This document shows, in pieces, positions 7,911-17,268 of a stretch of 64,000 bases of DNA. The DNA lies in the IMG/VR virus record IMGVR_UViG_3300021962_000040, positions 32,001 through 96,000 of that record; one strand, given 5' to 3'. Each line of letters opens with the position of its first letter. Position 1 is the stretch's first letter. The translations under genes and the position numbers were made by a program. Source of the stretch: a virus. The notes beneath the pieces are model-generated. The model saw only the letters and a program-made list of their open reading frames with translations, ran no database searches and was not told where the DNA came from.

Positions 7911-10139
7911 ATGGCAATTAAGTATTTATCCGATTTAGTCACCTATGCAATTGACATGCAGAAAAAAGTGCTGTCAAATGCCGTGATTCATCCAACGGGT
8001 ACAGCTCCAAGTGCTCCGGTTACTGGTCAAGTATATTTTGATACAGCAACAAGTGAGTTAAAAGTTTGGAATGGTACAATTTGGGTTTCAGCTTCTGGTG
8101 ACATTACAGCAGTAACTGCTGGCACTGGTTTAACTGGTGGTGGTTCATCAGGTGCTGTTACATTAAGTGTAGCAACTGGTGGTATTACAACTTCTCTGAT
8201 TGCAGATAGCAACGTAACACTTGCTAAAATTGCAAACATTGGTGCAAGCACAATCCTTGGTAACAACACAGGATCTGCTGCAGCTCCTATTGCACTGACA
8301 AGTGCTCAAGTGCAAACTATGTTAGGTTACATCACAGGTAACCAGACTATTACATTAAGTGGTGATGCTACTGGTAGTGGAAGCACGGCTATTACAGTTA
8401 CCCTTGCAAACTCAGGTGTTACAGCTGGTACATACAGATCTGTAACTGTAGATGCAAAAGGTAGAGTGACTGCTGGTACTAACCCAACTACAATTGCAGG
8501 TTATGGCATTACTGACTTCTACGCTCAAGTAATTTCTGGCTTTGTTACTGGTGCAAACTCAACAGTATTAAGTACAGATACACTTGAAGTAGCAATTGAA
8601 AAACTACAAGGTCAAGTTAATGCTAGACTTACAGGTAACCAAACCATCACTCTTTCCGGTGATGTAACTGGTTCTGGTGCTACAGCAATTACTGCAACCT
8701 TAGCAAACTCCGGTGTAACTGCAGGAACTTATAATAGTTCAGCAACAACTAATACTCCTCTTACAGTTGATGCAAAAGGTAGAATTACTGCTACTGGTAC
8801 CGAAGTAACAATTACTCCAGCATGGTCTAGCATTACAAGTAAGCCTACAACTCTTTCTGGTTTTGGTATTACAGATGCTGTAAACAAAGGTGGAGATACA
8901 ATGACAGGTCTACTTATTCTAAGCGGAGATCCTGTTGCAAACTTAGGTGCAGCTACTAAACAATATGTTGATAGCGTTGCTCAAGGTTTAGATCCTAAAG
9001 CTTCTGTTAAAGCTGCAACTACCGCAAATATTACTTTATCAGGTCCTCAAACAATTGATGCTGTTGCTCTTGTAGCTGGTGATAGAGTTCTTGTTAAAAA
9101 TCAAACTACTCAAGCTGACAATGGTATTTATATTGTACAAGCTGCTGGTTGGACACGTTCAGCTGATATGGATGCTTGGACTGAAGTTCCAGGTGCATTC
9201 TGTTTTGTTGAGCAAGGCACTGTTAACGGTGATACTGGTTGGGTTTGTACAAGTAATCAAGGTGGTACTTTAGGTTCAACTGCAATTACTTTTGTACAGT
9301 TTACTGGTGCTGGTACTTATACCGCAGGTACAGGTCTTACTTTAACAGGTACTCAATTTAGCATTGCTAATACTGGTGTTACTGCTGCTTCTTATGGTAG
9401 TGCAAGTGCTGTATCAACATTTACAGTAAATGCTCAAGGTCAGTTGACTGCTGCTAGTTCAACATCTATTCAAATTGCTCAATCACAAGTTACTAACTTA
9501 ACTACAGATTTAGGAAACAAGCAACCTTTAGATGCTACTCTTACCGCATTGGCTGCTTATAATACTAATGGGTTCCTTGTACAAACTGCTGCTGATACAT
9601 TTGCTGGTAGAACATTAACTGCTGGTGCTGGTATTATTATTAGTAATGGTAGTGGTGTAGCTGGTAACCCAACAATTAGTATTGCTTCAACTGGTGTTAC
9701 AAATGGTTCTTATGGTTCTGCTACTCAGGTTGCTACATTTACTGTAGATGGAGATGGTAGATTAAGTGCTGCTGCTAACGTTGCTATTCAAACTGCTAGT
9801 ACAACTGCAGCTGGTCTTGTTGAACTTGCAACCAGTGCTGAAACAATAGCAGGTGCAAGTACCACATTGGCTGTAACTCCTGCAGGATTGGCCGCAACTA
9901 TTCCTGGTGTAATTGCTGCTGATAAATTTAGAGCAGATATTGGTGATGGTTCTAGCACTATAATTCCAGTTGCTCACAACCTTAATGCTCTTTATATCAT
10001 GGTACAAACTTGGGAAACTTCTACGGGTGCTCAAGTTTATGTGGATACTACAATTGTAGATCCTAATAATATTGTACTTAGATTTGCAGCTCCTCCAGCA
10101 CCAAATGATATTAAAGTAAATATTATTAGGATTGGATAA
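7911..10139 (+). CDS. Tail fibre protein
   Basis: 742 aa, Gly/Ala/Thr/Ser-rich; repeated GVTAGTY..VTVDAKGRVT fibre repeats; AATKQYVD motif; C-terminal HNL domain. Confidence 0.85.
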   Translation: MAIKYLSDLVTYAIDMQKKVLSNAVIHPTGTAPSAPVTGQVYFDTATSELKVWNGTIWVSASGDITAVTAGTGLTGGGSSGAVTLSVATGGITTSLIADSNVTLAKIANIGASTILGNNTGSAAAPIALTSAQVQTMLGYITGNQTITLSGDATGSGSTAITVTLANSGVTAGTYRSVTVDAKGRVTAGTNPTTIAGYGITDFYAQVISGFVTGANSTVLSTDTLEVAIEKLQGQVNARLTGNQTITLSGDVTGSGATAITATLANSGVTAGTYNSSATTNTPLTVDAKGRITATGTEVTITPAWSSITSKPTTLSGFGITDAVNKGGDTMTGLLILSGDPVANLGAATKQYVDSVAQGLDPKASVKAATTANITLSGPQTIDAVALVAGDRVLVKNQTTQADNGIYIVQAAGWTRSADMDAWTEVPGAFCFVEQGTVNGDTGWVCTSNQGGTLGSTAITFVQFTGAGTYTAGTGLTLTGTQFSIANTGVTAASYGSASAVSTFTVNAQGQLTAASSTSIQIAQSQVTNLTTDLGNKQPLDATLTALAAYNTNGFLVQTAADTFAGRTLTAGAGIIISNGSGVAGNPTISIASTGVTNGSYGSATQVATFTVDGDGRLSAAANVAIQTASTTAAGLVELATSAETIAGASTTLAVTPAGLAATIPGVIAADKFRADIGDGSSTIIPVAHNLNALYIMVQTWETSTGAQVYVDTTIVDPNNIVLRFAAPPAPNDIKVNIIRIG

Positions 10140-10144
10140 ATCAG

Positions 10145-10152
10145 TAAATTTG
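10145..10152 (+). promoter_or_regulatory. Bacteroidota-type -7 promoter element
   Basis: Intergenic TAAATTTG matches the TAnnTTTG consensus. Confidence 0.35.
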
Positions 10153-10172
10153 TAATTATATAGAAATCAACT

Positions 10173-13100
10173 ATGGCTATTAAATTATTATCTTCTACCA
10201 AAATAGGCAACTTCACTTTACCCCATACAGATGGGGTAAGTGGACAAGCCTTAGTTACTGACGGTAATGGAAATATATCTTTTGCTCACACAGGAGGTAT
10301 GTCCGGTTTGTCTTTTTCAAATGGTGTTTTAACTGCCACCACAGCATCCGGTAACATTACTGTCAATTTGGATGGAAGATATGCTTTAAGCAGTCATACA
10401 CATGCCTATGATAATTATCAGTCTTGGAATCTAAAAACAAATGGGGTTCAAAGGACAACCGTACAGTCTGGGGGTACATTAGATCTTGTAGCGGGATCTA
10501 ATGTTACTCTCAGCTACGGAGCTGGTGGTGTGGTAACAATTGCTGCTGGATCATCATCTGGAACAGTGACTTCTGTTTCTGGTACAGGAACTGTTTCTGG
10601 TTTAACTTTATCAGGTACTGTAACATCATCTGGTTCATTAACTCTTGGAGGTACTTTAACTTTAACAAGTGCACAGGTTACTTCAGCATTAGGATTTACA
10701 CCATACAATTCAACTAACCCTAGTGGTTACATTACAAGTAGTGGTTCTATTTCAGGAAATGCTGCAACTGCAAATACATTACAAACAGCTAGAACTATAA
10801 CTATTGGCAGTACTGGCAAAACATTTAATGGTTCTGCAAACGTTTCTTGGACATTAGCTGAAATAGGAGCTCAGGCATCTGGTTCATATGCTGCATCTGT
10901 TCACACGCATGATGACAGATATTATACAGAAACAGAGTCAGATGGTAGGTTTATTAGAAAGAATACCTGGGAAGGTAGTGCATATGTAGGCACAGGTGGT
11001 GATTTTTATGGTACTATATTTTATGATAGTAATAATAGTGGTTACTATATGGATCCTGCAAGTACATCTAATTTAAATGGTGTATCTGCTAGACAATACT
11101 ATCAATCATTACACGGTGAGCCTAGAAATAACCTTGGTGATCCTACAGTCACTGATATGGCTTTATTTGATGCACAGTTTAATAACAAAACTGAATTTTA
11201 TCCAGCATCAAAAGTAAAGTTTTTTACATCTAGTGATGGTACAAACTTTACAGAATATACAGGATTTTCTGATGTACAAAAGCAGAAATTTATGGGAGGT
11301 GATGAAGACTCTGGTGTCTTTATTCCTAACCTTACAAATAGATTTAGAATTGAATTAGATGCATCAGGTTATGTATTTGTAAGCATGCTTTACATGTACT
11401 GGTCATCAAACTCACATTCTACAAAGATGCATATATGGGCACGTAGATGTGATAATCAACAATGGTATCAGATTACATCTAGTGACACATATATTAGCTC
11501 ATGGCCCGGTCATGCAACATTACCTTTTCCAAGTATTGCTTGGTTAGAAGGTAATACTACATCTTCCGGTCATCATGATAAAATTAGAATTGAATTCATT
11601 CCTTCTTGGAGTGGACATGCTACATATGGAGGTAATGTAATTTCTCTAAATAGATTGCAGATGTGGGGTGGTTACCCTGCTGGTAAAAGAAATGTATTTA
11701 CTACTTACTATGATAGAAGTATTGCATATCCAGGAACTGTATCAGCACCTACATTTAGTGGAGCATTATCAGGTAATGCAAGTACAGCTACATCAGCAGC
11801 AACTTGGACAATAGGACGTACAATAACTATTGGAAATACTGGTAAAACAGTTAACGGTTCAGGTGATGTAAGTTGGACTTTAGCAGAGATTGGTGCACAA
11901 GCTGCAGGATCTTATGCAGCAGCTAGCCATACTCATGATGATAGATACTACACTGAAACAGAAACTAATAATTTCTTTAGTGGTACAACAGCTATATCAG
12001 GTTACAATAAAGGAAACTGGGATACAGCTTTTGGATGGGGTAATCACGCTTCTGCTGGTTATTTAACATCAGCAAGTCTTTCAGGATATGCTACTCAAAC
12101 TTATGTAAATACAGCTGTTGCAAATGTTATTAACTCTGCACCGGCTGCTTTAGATACTTTAAATGAATTAGCTGCAGCTTTAGGCAATGATGCTAGTTTT
12201 TCTACAACAGTAAGTACATCTCTTGGTAATAGACTTAGAGTTGATACTGCATCACAAGGATTAACAGGAACTCAGCAATCAAATGCAAGAACTAATCTTG
12301 GATTAGGTACAGCAGCAACTTCAAATACTGGAGATTTTGCTACATCTGGTCATAGTCACTCTAATGCTACAACTGGAGCTGCTGGATTTATGTCTGCAGC
12401 TGACAAGAGTAAATTAGATGGAATTGCTTCAGGTGCTACAGCTAATTCTGGTACAGTAACTAGTGTATCTGGAACAGGTAGTTATGGAGGTTTGACTTTA
12501 AGTGGTACAGTAACTAGTTCAGGTTCTTTAACATTAGGCGGAACACCTAGCGGGACTTGGCCAATTTCTGTTTCAGGTAATGCAGCTACAGCAACTTCTG
12601 CAACATCAGCAAGTTTAATGAGTTCTTCAGGAGCTTTAACAACACAACATGGTGATGGTAGAATTGGATATACATATGCACTTACAAATCCTCAAACAGG
12701 ATTATTTGCGGCAACAGATAATGCTAATGCAATTCTCACTGTAAACAGACATCCTGGAGATTACTATAGTCAATTAGGTTTTAGTTCTAATGGTAATCTT
12801 TATTATAGAAACTTTGTAAACACAGCAATTAATACATCTCAAGGATGGCAAACTATATGGACAAGTAGTAGTTTGACTAACTTGAATCAGCTTTCTAATG
12901 GTCCAGGTTATACATCAAATACAGGTACAGTTACAAGTGTATCAGGTACAGGAACTGTAAGTGGATTAACACTTTCAGGAACGGTAACAACTTCTGGTAA
13001 TTTAACATTAGGTGGTACACTTACATTAACAAGTGCTCAAGTTACAACAGCTCTTGGGTTTACTCCTTATAACTCTACTAATCCAAATGGATATATAACT

Positions 13101-15056
13101 TCAAGTGGATCTATTAGTGGTAATGCTGCTACAGCAACTTATGCAACAAGTGCAGGTACTGCAGATCAAATTGATAGTGTAGGATTTAGAAATACAGGTA
13201 GTAATGCTCCTGTTAATGCGGACACATTAGACAGTAATGGTATTACTTATTACACTGGCGGTGTAACAAACTTTTCTGGAAATGCTTCAGATGGAGCTTT
13301 ATATTCTCAAGTTTATAGTTCATCTTGGCAGCATCAAATAGCAGGTGATTACCGTTCTGGTATGATTGCTGTTAGAGGTAAAAATAATGGTAGTTGGACA
13401 GGTTGGAGAACAATTATTGATTCTTCTACTATTGGTTCACAATCTGTAAACTATGCTACAACAGCAGGATCCGCAAACTCTGTAGCATGGGGTAATGTCA
13501 GTGGTAGACCTACTGCAGTTAGTTCATTTACAAATGACTCAGGTTATATTACATCTGGTAGTTCAATTAGTGGTTCTTCTAGATTATTAGCTCATGTTGA
13601 TGGTCCAAGAGATCTATCTGACCGTAGACCAAATTGGAATGCTAGAACTGCAACATTTGATTTTGTTGGAGCTGGTACTGGAAATGGCTCAGGCAATTAT
13701 GCTGGAATATTAACATTTGTTCCATGGGATGGTACATCTGCAAGTACAGGTGATTCATCTTATCAATTGTCTTTTGCAAACCAAAGTGGTGTTAATGCAT
13801 CAGGTCCTGCACGTCTTAGTATAAGAAATGGTATAAATTCAACATGGAACTCTTGGCAAGAAATTTTAACTTCCAGCAATTATAATAGTTATTCTCCAAC
13901 ATTAACTGGTGGCAATGCTAGTGGAACATGGGGTATTAGTATTAGTGGTAATGCTGCAAGTGCAAGTTCAGTAGCATGGGGTAATGTTTCAGGAAAACCA
14001 AGTGTTGCTACACATAGAGGTGAAGGAAGTAATTATATTGACTATGCACGTTATGTTTATAATAACGGTGCTTATTCTGGATCAGGTTGGATTGAACCTT
14101 CTGATCTTGGTGTAAGATATGCGGCTAGTTCAAACTATGCTACATCTTCTGGAAGTTGTACTGGTAGAGCAGAACTTTTAAACGGTTGGGGTGGGTGTTA
14201 TAATAATAGTCATCCTGGATATGGTTTAAGAGCTTGGTATGATTGGTCTAACTGTGAAGGTTATAAGAATGGTATTACAATAGGTTCAAATCCTGGTGAC
14301 ACAGCATATGGTTTTATGCTTTGGCAAAACATGTGGGATGATAGAACTTATACTAAGAGGTGGAATGGTGGATGGCAAAGTGTTAGAACTTTGATGAATC
14401 ATCAAGATGATCCTTATGCTGCAAATATGAATCAGTATGTAAGGACATCAGATTCTCCAACATTTGCTCAAGTATATTCAAATGGTTGGTTTAGAAACTA
14501 TGGCCGTCAAGGTATGTATAACCAAGATTATGGTAACCATTTTTATGCTCATTCAGATGCGTATTGGACTGTGGCTGGTAATAACGGTTCTGCTGCAGGA
14601 ATTATGTTTAGAACCGGTGGACATGAAGGTGTCTTAAGAGGCTATGTTTATGTTGATTCTTCTAATAATATTGGTTTCTTAAACTCTGGTGGTTCTTGGT
14701 CATTGCGTTGTGATAACTCAGGTAATGTTGTTGCTACTGGTGATGTTACTGCTTATTCTGATGCACGTATAAAGACTGAGGTCAAGACTGTAGAGGATGC
14801 ATTAGATAAAGTATTAGCACTACGTGGTGTAACATATAAGAGAACGGATATTGAAGATAAGTCTACTAAGTTGGGTGTAATTGCTCAAGAAGTAAAAGAA
14901 GTTCTTCCAGAGGTTGTTTCTGAAAATGAAGACGGAATGCTTACTGTATCTTATGGTAATATGGTGGGTGTACTTATTGAAGCAATGAAAGAACAGCAAT
15001 CAATGATTGAAACACTTGAAGCTAAAATTGAATTGTTAACTAGATACTTAAAGTAA
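10173..15056 (+). CDS. Long tail fibre with C-terminal intramolecular chaperone (peptidase S74)
   Basis: 1627 aa; HTHDDRYYTETE and APAALDTLNELAAALGND fibre motifs; internal repeats; C-terminal SDARIK...LGVIAQEV...VSYGNMVGVLIEAMKE. Confidence 0.9.
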   Translation: MAIKLLSSTKIGNFTLPHTDGVSGQALVTDGNGNISFAHTGGMSGLSFSNGVLTATTASGNITVNLDGRYALSSHTHAYDNYQSWNLKTNGVQRTTVQSGGTLDLVAGSNVTLSYGAGGVVTIAAGSSSGTVTSVSGTGTVSGLTLSGTVTSSGSLTLGGTLTLTSAQVTSALGFTPYNSTNPSGYITSSGSISGNAATANTLQTARTITIGSTGKTFNGSANVSWTLAEIGAQASGSYAASVHTHDDRYYTETESDGRFIRKNTWEGSAYVGTGGDFYGTIFYDSNNSGYYMDPASTSNLNGVSARQYYQSLHGEPRNNLGDPTVTDMALFDAQFNNKTEFYPASKVKFFTSSDGTNFTEYTGFSDVQKQKFMGGDEDSGVFIPNLTNRFRIELDASGYVFVSMLYMYWSSNSHSTKMHIWARRCDNQQWYQITSSDTYISSWPGHATLPFPSIAWLEGNTTSSGHHDKIRIEFIPSWSGHATYGGNVISLNRLQMWGGYPAGKRNVFTTYYDRSIAYPGTVSAPTFSGALSGNASTATSAATWTIGRTITIGNTGKTVNGSGDVSWTLAEIGAQAAGSYAAASHTHDDRYYTETETNNFFSGTTAISGYNKGNWDTAFGWGNHASAGYLTSASLSGYATQTYVNTAVANVINSAPAALDTLNELAAALGNDASFSTTVSTSLGNRLRVDTASQGLTGTQQSNARTNLGLGTAATSNTGDFATSGHSHSNATTGAAGFMSAADKSKLDGIASGATANSGTVTSVSGTGSYGGLTLSGTVTSSGSLTLGGTPSGTWPISVSGNAATATSATSASLMSSSGALTTQHGDGRIGYTYALTNPQTGLFAATDNANAILTVNRHPGDYYSQLGFSSNGNLYYRNFVNTAINTSQGWQTIWTSSSLTNLNQLSNGPGYTSNTGTVTSVSGTGTVSGLTLSGTVTTSGNLTLGGTLTLTSAQVTTALGFTPYNSTNPNGYITSSGSISGNAATATYATSAGTADQIDSVGFRNTGSNAPVNADTLDSNGITYYTGGVTNFSGNASDGALYSQVYSSSWQHQIAGDYRSGMIAVRGKNNGSWTGWRTIIDSSTIGSQSVNYATTAGSANSVAWGNVSGRPTAVSSFTNDSGYITSGSSISGSSRLLAHVDGPRDLSDRRPNWNARTATFDFVGAGTGNGSGNYAGILTFVPWDGTSASTGDSSYQLSFANQSGVNASGPARLSIRNGINSTWNSWQEILTSSNYNSYSPTLTGGNASGTWGISISGNAASASSVAWGNVSGKPSVATHRGEGSNYIDYARYVYNNGAYSGSGWIEPSDLGVRYAASSNYATSSGSCTGRAELLNGWGGCYNNSHPGYGLRAWYDWSNCEGYKNGITIGSNPGDTAYGFMLWQNMWDDRTYTKRWNGGWQSVRTLMNHQDDPYAANMNQYVRTSDSPTFAQVYSNGWFRNYGRQGMYNQDYGNHFYAHSDAYWTVAGNNGSAAGIMFRTGGHEGVLRGYVYVDSSNNIGFLNSGGSWSLRCDNSGNVVATGDVTAYSDARIKTEVKTVEDALDKVLALRGVTYKRTDIEDKSTKLGVIAQEVKEVLPEVVSENEDGMLTVSYGNMVGVLIEAMKEQQSMIETLEAKIELLTRYLK

Positions 15057-15970
15057 TGCCAATAGGTTCAGGAAGTATATCAGCAACAGGTATTAACTTG
15101 GAATTAGGTAGATCCTCTAATGCAGCTTTATCAATAGATACTGCTGAGAATGGGGGTTATGTTGCTATAAACTCCTGTAGTCCTTTTAGACCTAGTTCTT
15201 CAAATCCTGCTTCATATAGTGAATGGAGGAGATATGATCATGCATATGCTTGTTGCAATGCTCCTACAATTACATCTGTTACTGCAGGAACAAGTTCACT
15301 TACAGTAAACTTTTCTACAAGCAACTGTACAGCTGTTCATTTGGAATATAGCACCAATGGTTCTAGTTGGAGTACAACTACTGTAGGATGTTCATCACCA
15401 CAAACCATAGGAGGACTTGCTTCTGGTACAAGTTATATAGTTAGAATGAGAATTACCTGTACATCAACAGGTGGATATTCTTCTTATTCTAACGCAACAA
15501 CAATGTCTACAAGTGCATCATATCCTGCATATGGTACGTATCTTTCAAGTTATTGTTCAGGTTGTACTTTGTATTATAGATATGCTAATGGATCTGGTGG
15601 ATCTTATGATGTAAGTCAAGGATGTTCTACAAGTTGTGGAGGATGTTGTTGTGCAAGTGCAGCTGGTACATATCTTTATCAGAATTGCTCCGGTTGTGAT
15701 TTATATAACTATTATGCAGATGGTTGTTATGGAACTTATTCTAGTTTTGTAGAATCTAATTCACCAACTTGTGGTTGTGGAGGAGGAGGTACATCATGGT
15801 GTCAATTTGGACAAACAGAAGGTACAGGGTATTATAATTATGTAAATTGTCAAGGACAGATGATTGAGGGAGAGGCTTATTGGGCTTATGATTTATTAGA
15901 TTGTATAGATATTTTTCAACCATTCAGAGGTGTAAGACCTTTAGGAACTGATTGCTCATTCATGCTTTAA
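15056..15970 (+). CDS. Putative fibre-tip adhesin; FN3-like domain plus Cys-rich repeats
   Basis: TAATG-coupled to the S74 fibre; N-terminal SGSISxxxINxELG motif; FN3-like GLASGTSYIVRMR; 22 Cys in 304 aa. Confidence 0.55.
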   Translation: MPIGSGSISATGINLELGRSSNAALSIDTAENGGYVAINSCSPFRPSSSNPASYSEWRRYDHAYACCNAPTITSVTAGTSSLTVNFSTSNCTAVHLEYSTNGSSWSTTTVGCSSPQTIGGLASGTSYIVRMRITCTSTGGYSSYSNATTMSTSASYPAYGTYLSSYCSGCTLYYRYANGSGGSYDVSQGCSTSCGGCCCASAAGTYLYQNCSGCDLYNYYADGCYGTYSSFVESNSPTCGCGGGGTSWCQFGQTEGTGYYNYVNCQGQMIEGEAYWAYDLLDCIDIFQPFRGVRPLGTDCSFML

Positions 15971-15980
15971 AAAATAAATT

Positions 15981-16238
15981 ATGACAAATTTAAATTCATA
16001 TACTGTTGATAATCATGTTTATAGTTTAAATCAAAACTATCAACTTGGTAAAGATTTGGTTAAACTTGTAATGATAACCAATATAAATGATACTATATTT
16101 TTCTTTTGTGAGAAACAAGATGGAGTATATCTTGGACATATAGATCAAACAACTTCTATTGAAATGAAAACAATTCCTGTGAATGCTTTAGTTTTTCACA
16201 GAAGTATACTAAAATCTCTTTTGAATAATAATAATTAA
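15981..16238 (+). CDS. Hypothetical protein (very AT-rich)
   Basis: 85-aa ORF filling the gap between neighbours; A-rich leader. Confidence 0.5.
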   Translation: MTNLNSYTVDNHVYSLNQNYQLGKDLVKLVMITNINDTIFFFCEKQDGVYLGHIDQTTSIEMKTIPVNALVFHRSILKSLLNNNN

Positions 16239-16243
16239 TTTAC

Positions 16244-16251
16244 TAAGTTTG
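16244..16251 (+). promoter_or_regulatory. Bacteroidota-type -7 promoter element
   Basis: Intergenic TAAGTTTG (TAnnTTTG). Confidence 0.35.
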
Positions 16252-16277
16252 TTAAACCAAAAATTAAATTTAAAAAA

Positions 16278-16781
16278 ATGGCACTAAAGATCACAAAAAA
16301 AATTGGCACAGATCAGGGTATTACTTCTGAAGCCTATGTCCGTATTGTTAATTATAATATCAACAAAAACGGAATTGCAAACTTTGCACTTCAAACTTTT
16401 TTAAGTCAGAATGATGTTCCCTCTTTAATTTCAAATACACCTGGTGCCCCAGGTAGTGTGAGAAATAATGCAATTGGGGATACTTTCCAAACCTTTTTAC
16501 AAAAAGAAGTAGAGGAGAAATTCATGATTACAAAACCAGTAACTAAAGAAGTAGATGTTGAACAAACACTTACTACTACAGATGCTGATGGTAATCCTGT
16601 AACCGAAACTGTTATTCAGAAAGCTATCCAAACTGTGTTGGAAGAGGTTGAAGAAACCCGTGTTGCACTTGTTCCAGATCTTTCTCTTTTAGCAGGTCAA
16701 GATATTTTTCAGTATGCTTATGGTAAGCTTAAAGAGAAATTAGTTGCTGAGTTTGGAGCAAGTTATGTGAAAGATTGTTAG
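16278..16781 (+). CDS. Hypothetical protein, possible fibre assembly chaperone
   Basis: 167 aa; lies downstream of the fibre and adhesin genes. Confidence 0.5.
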   Translation: MALKITKKIGTDQGITSEAYVRIVNYNINKNGIANFALQTFLSQNDVPSLISNTPGAPGSVRNNAIGDTFQTFLQKEVEEKFMITKPVTKEVDVEQTLTTTDADGNPVTETVIQKAIQTVLEEVEETRVALVPDLSLLAGQDIFQYAYGKLKEKLVAEFGASYVKDC

Positions 16782-16786
16782 AATGT

Positions 16787-16816
16787 TTTGAAATAAAGAA
16801 ACATTTTATATATTTG
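16787..16816 (+). promoter_or_regulatory. Bacteroidota primary-sigma-type promoter (-33/-7)
   Basis: TTTG (16787-16790), 18-nt spacer, TATATTTG (16809-16816). Confidence 0.45.
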
Positions 16817-16838
16817 TAAAACATTAATAATTGATACC

Positions 16839-17132
16839 ATGGCAAAAAAATCAACAAAAGAGGAAGTTAAGAAACTAACTGGAGAAGAGTTAGAGCAACT
16901 TCAGAGTTTAAATTCTACTTATCAAAACATTGTAGGTAACCTTGGAAACATTGAGATTGCCAAGTTTGACCTATTAAATGAGTTAACTTCTGTTAAACTC
17001 AAAATGAATGAGTTTACTTCTACCTTACAAGAAAAGTACGGAGATGTGACTATTTCAATTTTTGATGGTACAATCACTGACCCTGAAGCAGTTACTGAAG
17101 GACCTCAAATGCAAGTGGTAAGACCTGAATAA
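16839..17132 (+). CDS. Small coiled-coil protein
   Basis: 97 aa; heptad pattern followed by LQEKYGDVTISIFDG. Confidence 0.55.
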   Translation: MAKKSTKEEVKKLTGEELEQLQSLNSTYQNIVGNLGNIEIAKFDLLNELTSVKLKMNEFTSTLQEKYGDVTISIFDGTITDPEAVTEGPQMQVVRPE

Positions 17133-17210
17133 ATTTCAGGTTTTACCTTCTGGTATTAGATTTTTTTTGTTTTACAACTTAATAATGATCAAACTTATTG
17201 TTTGGTTATT

Positions 17211-17233
17211 AAACTTTTTGTATATTATAGTAT
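17211..17233 (+). promoter_or_regulatory. Putative phage late promoter motif
   Basis: AAACTTTTTGTATATTATAGTAT; 19 nt identical to 5141-5159 and 18 nt identical to 63974-63991. Confidence 0.6.
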
Positions 17234-17268
17234 GTACCGGATGTTTGTACGTTGTAAAATAAAACCTT

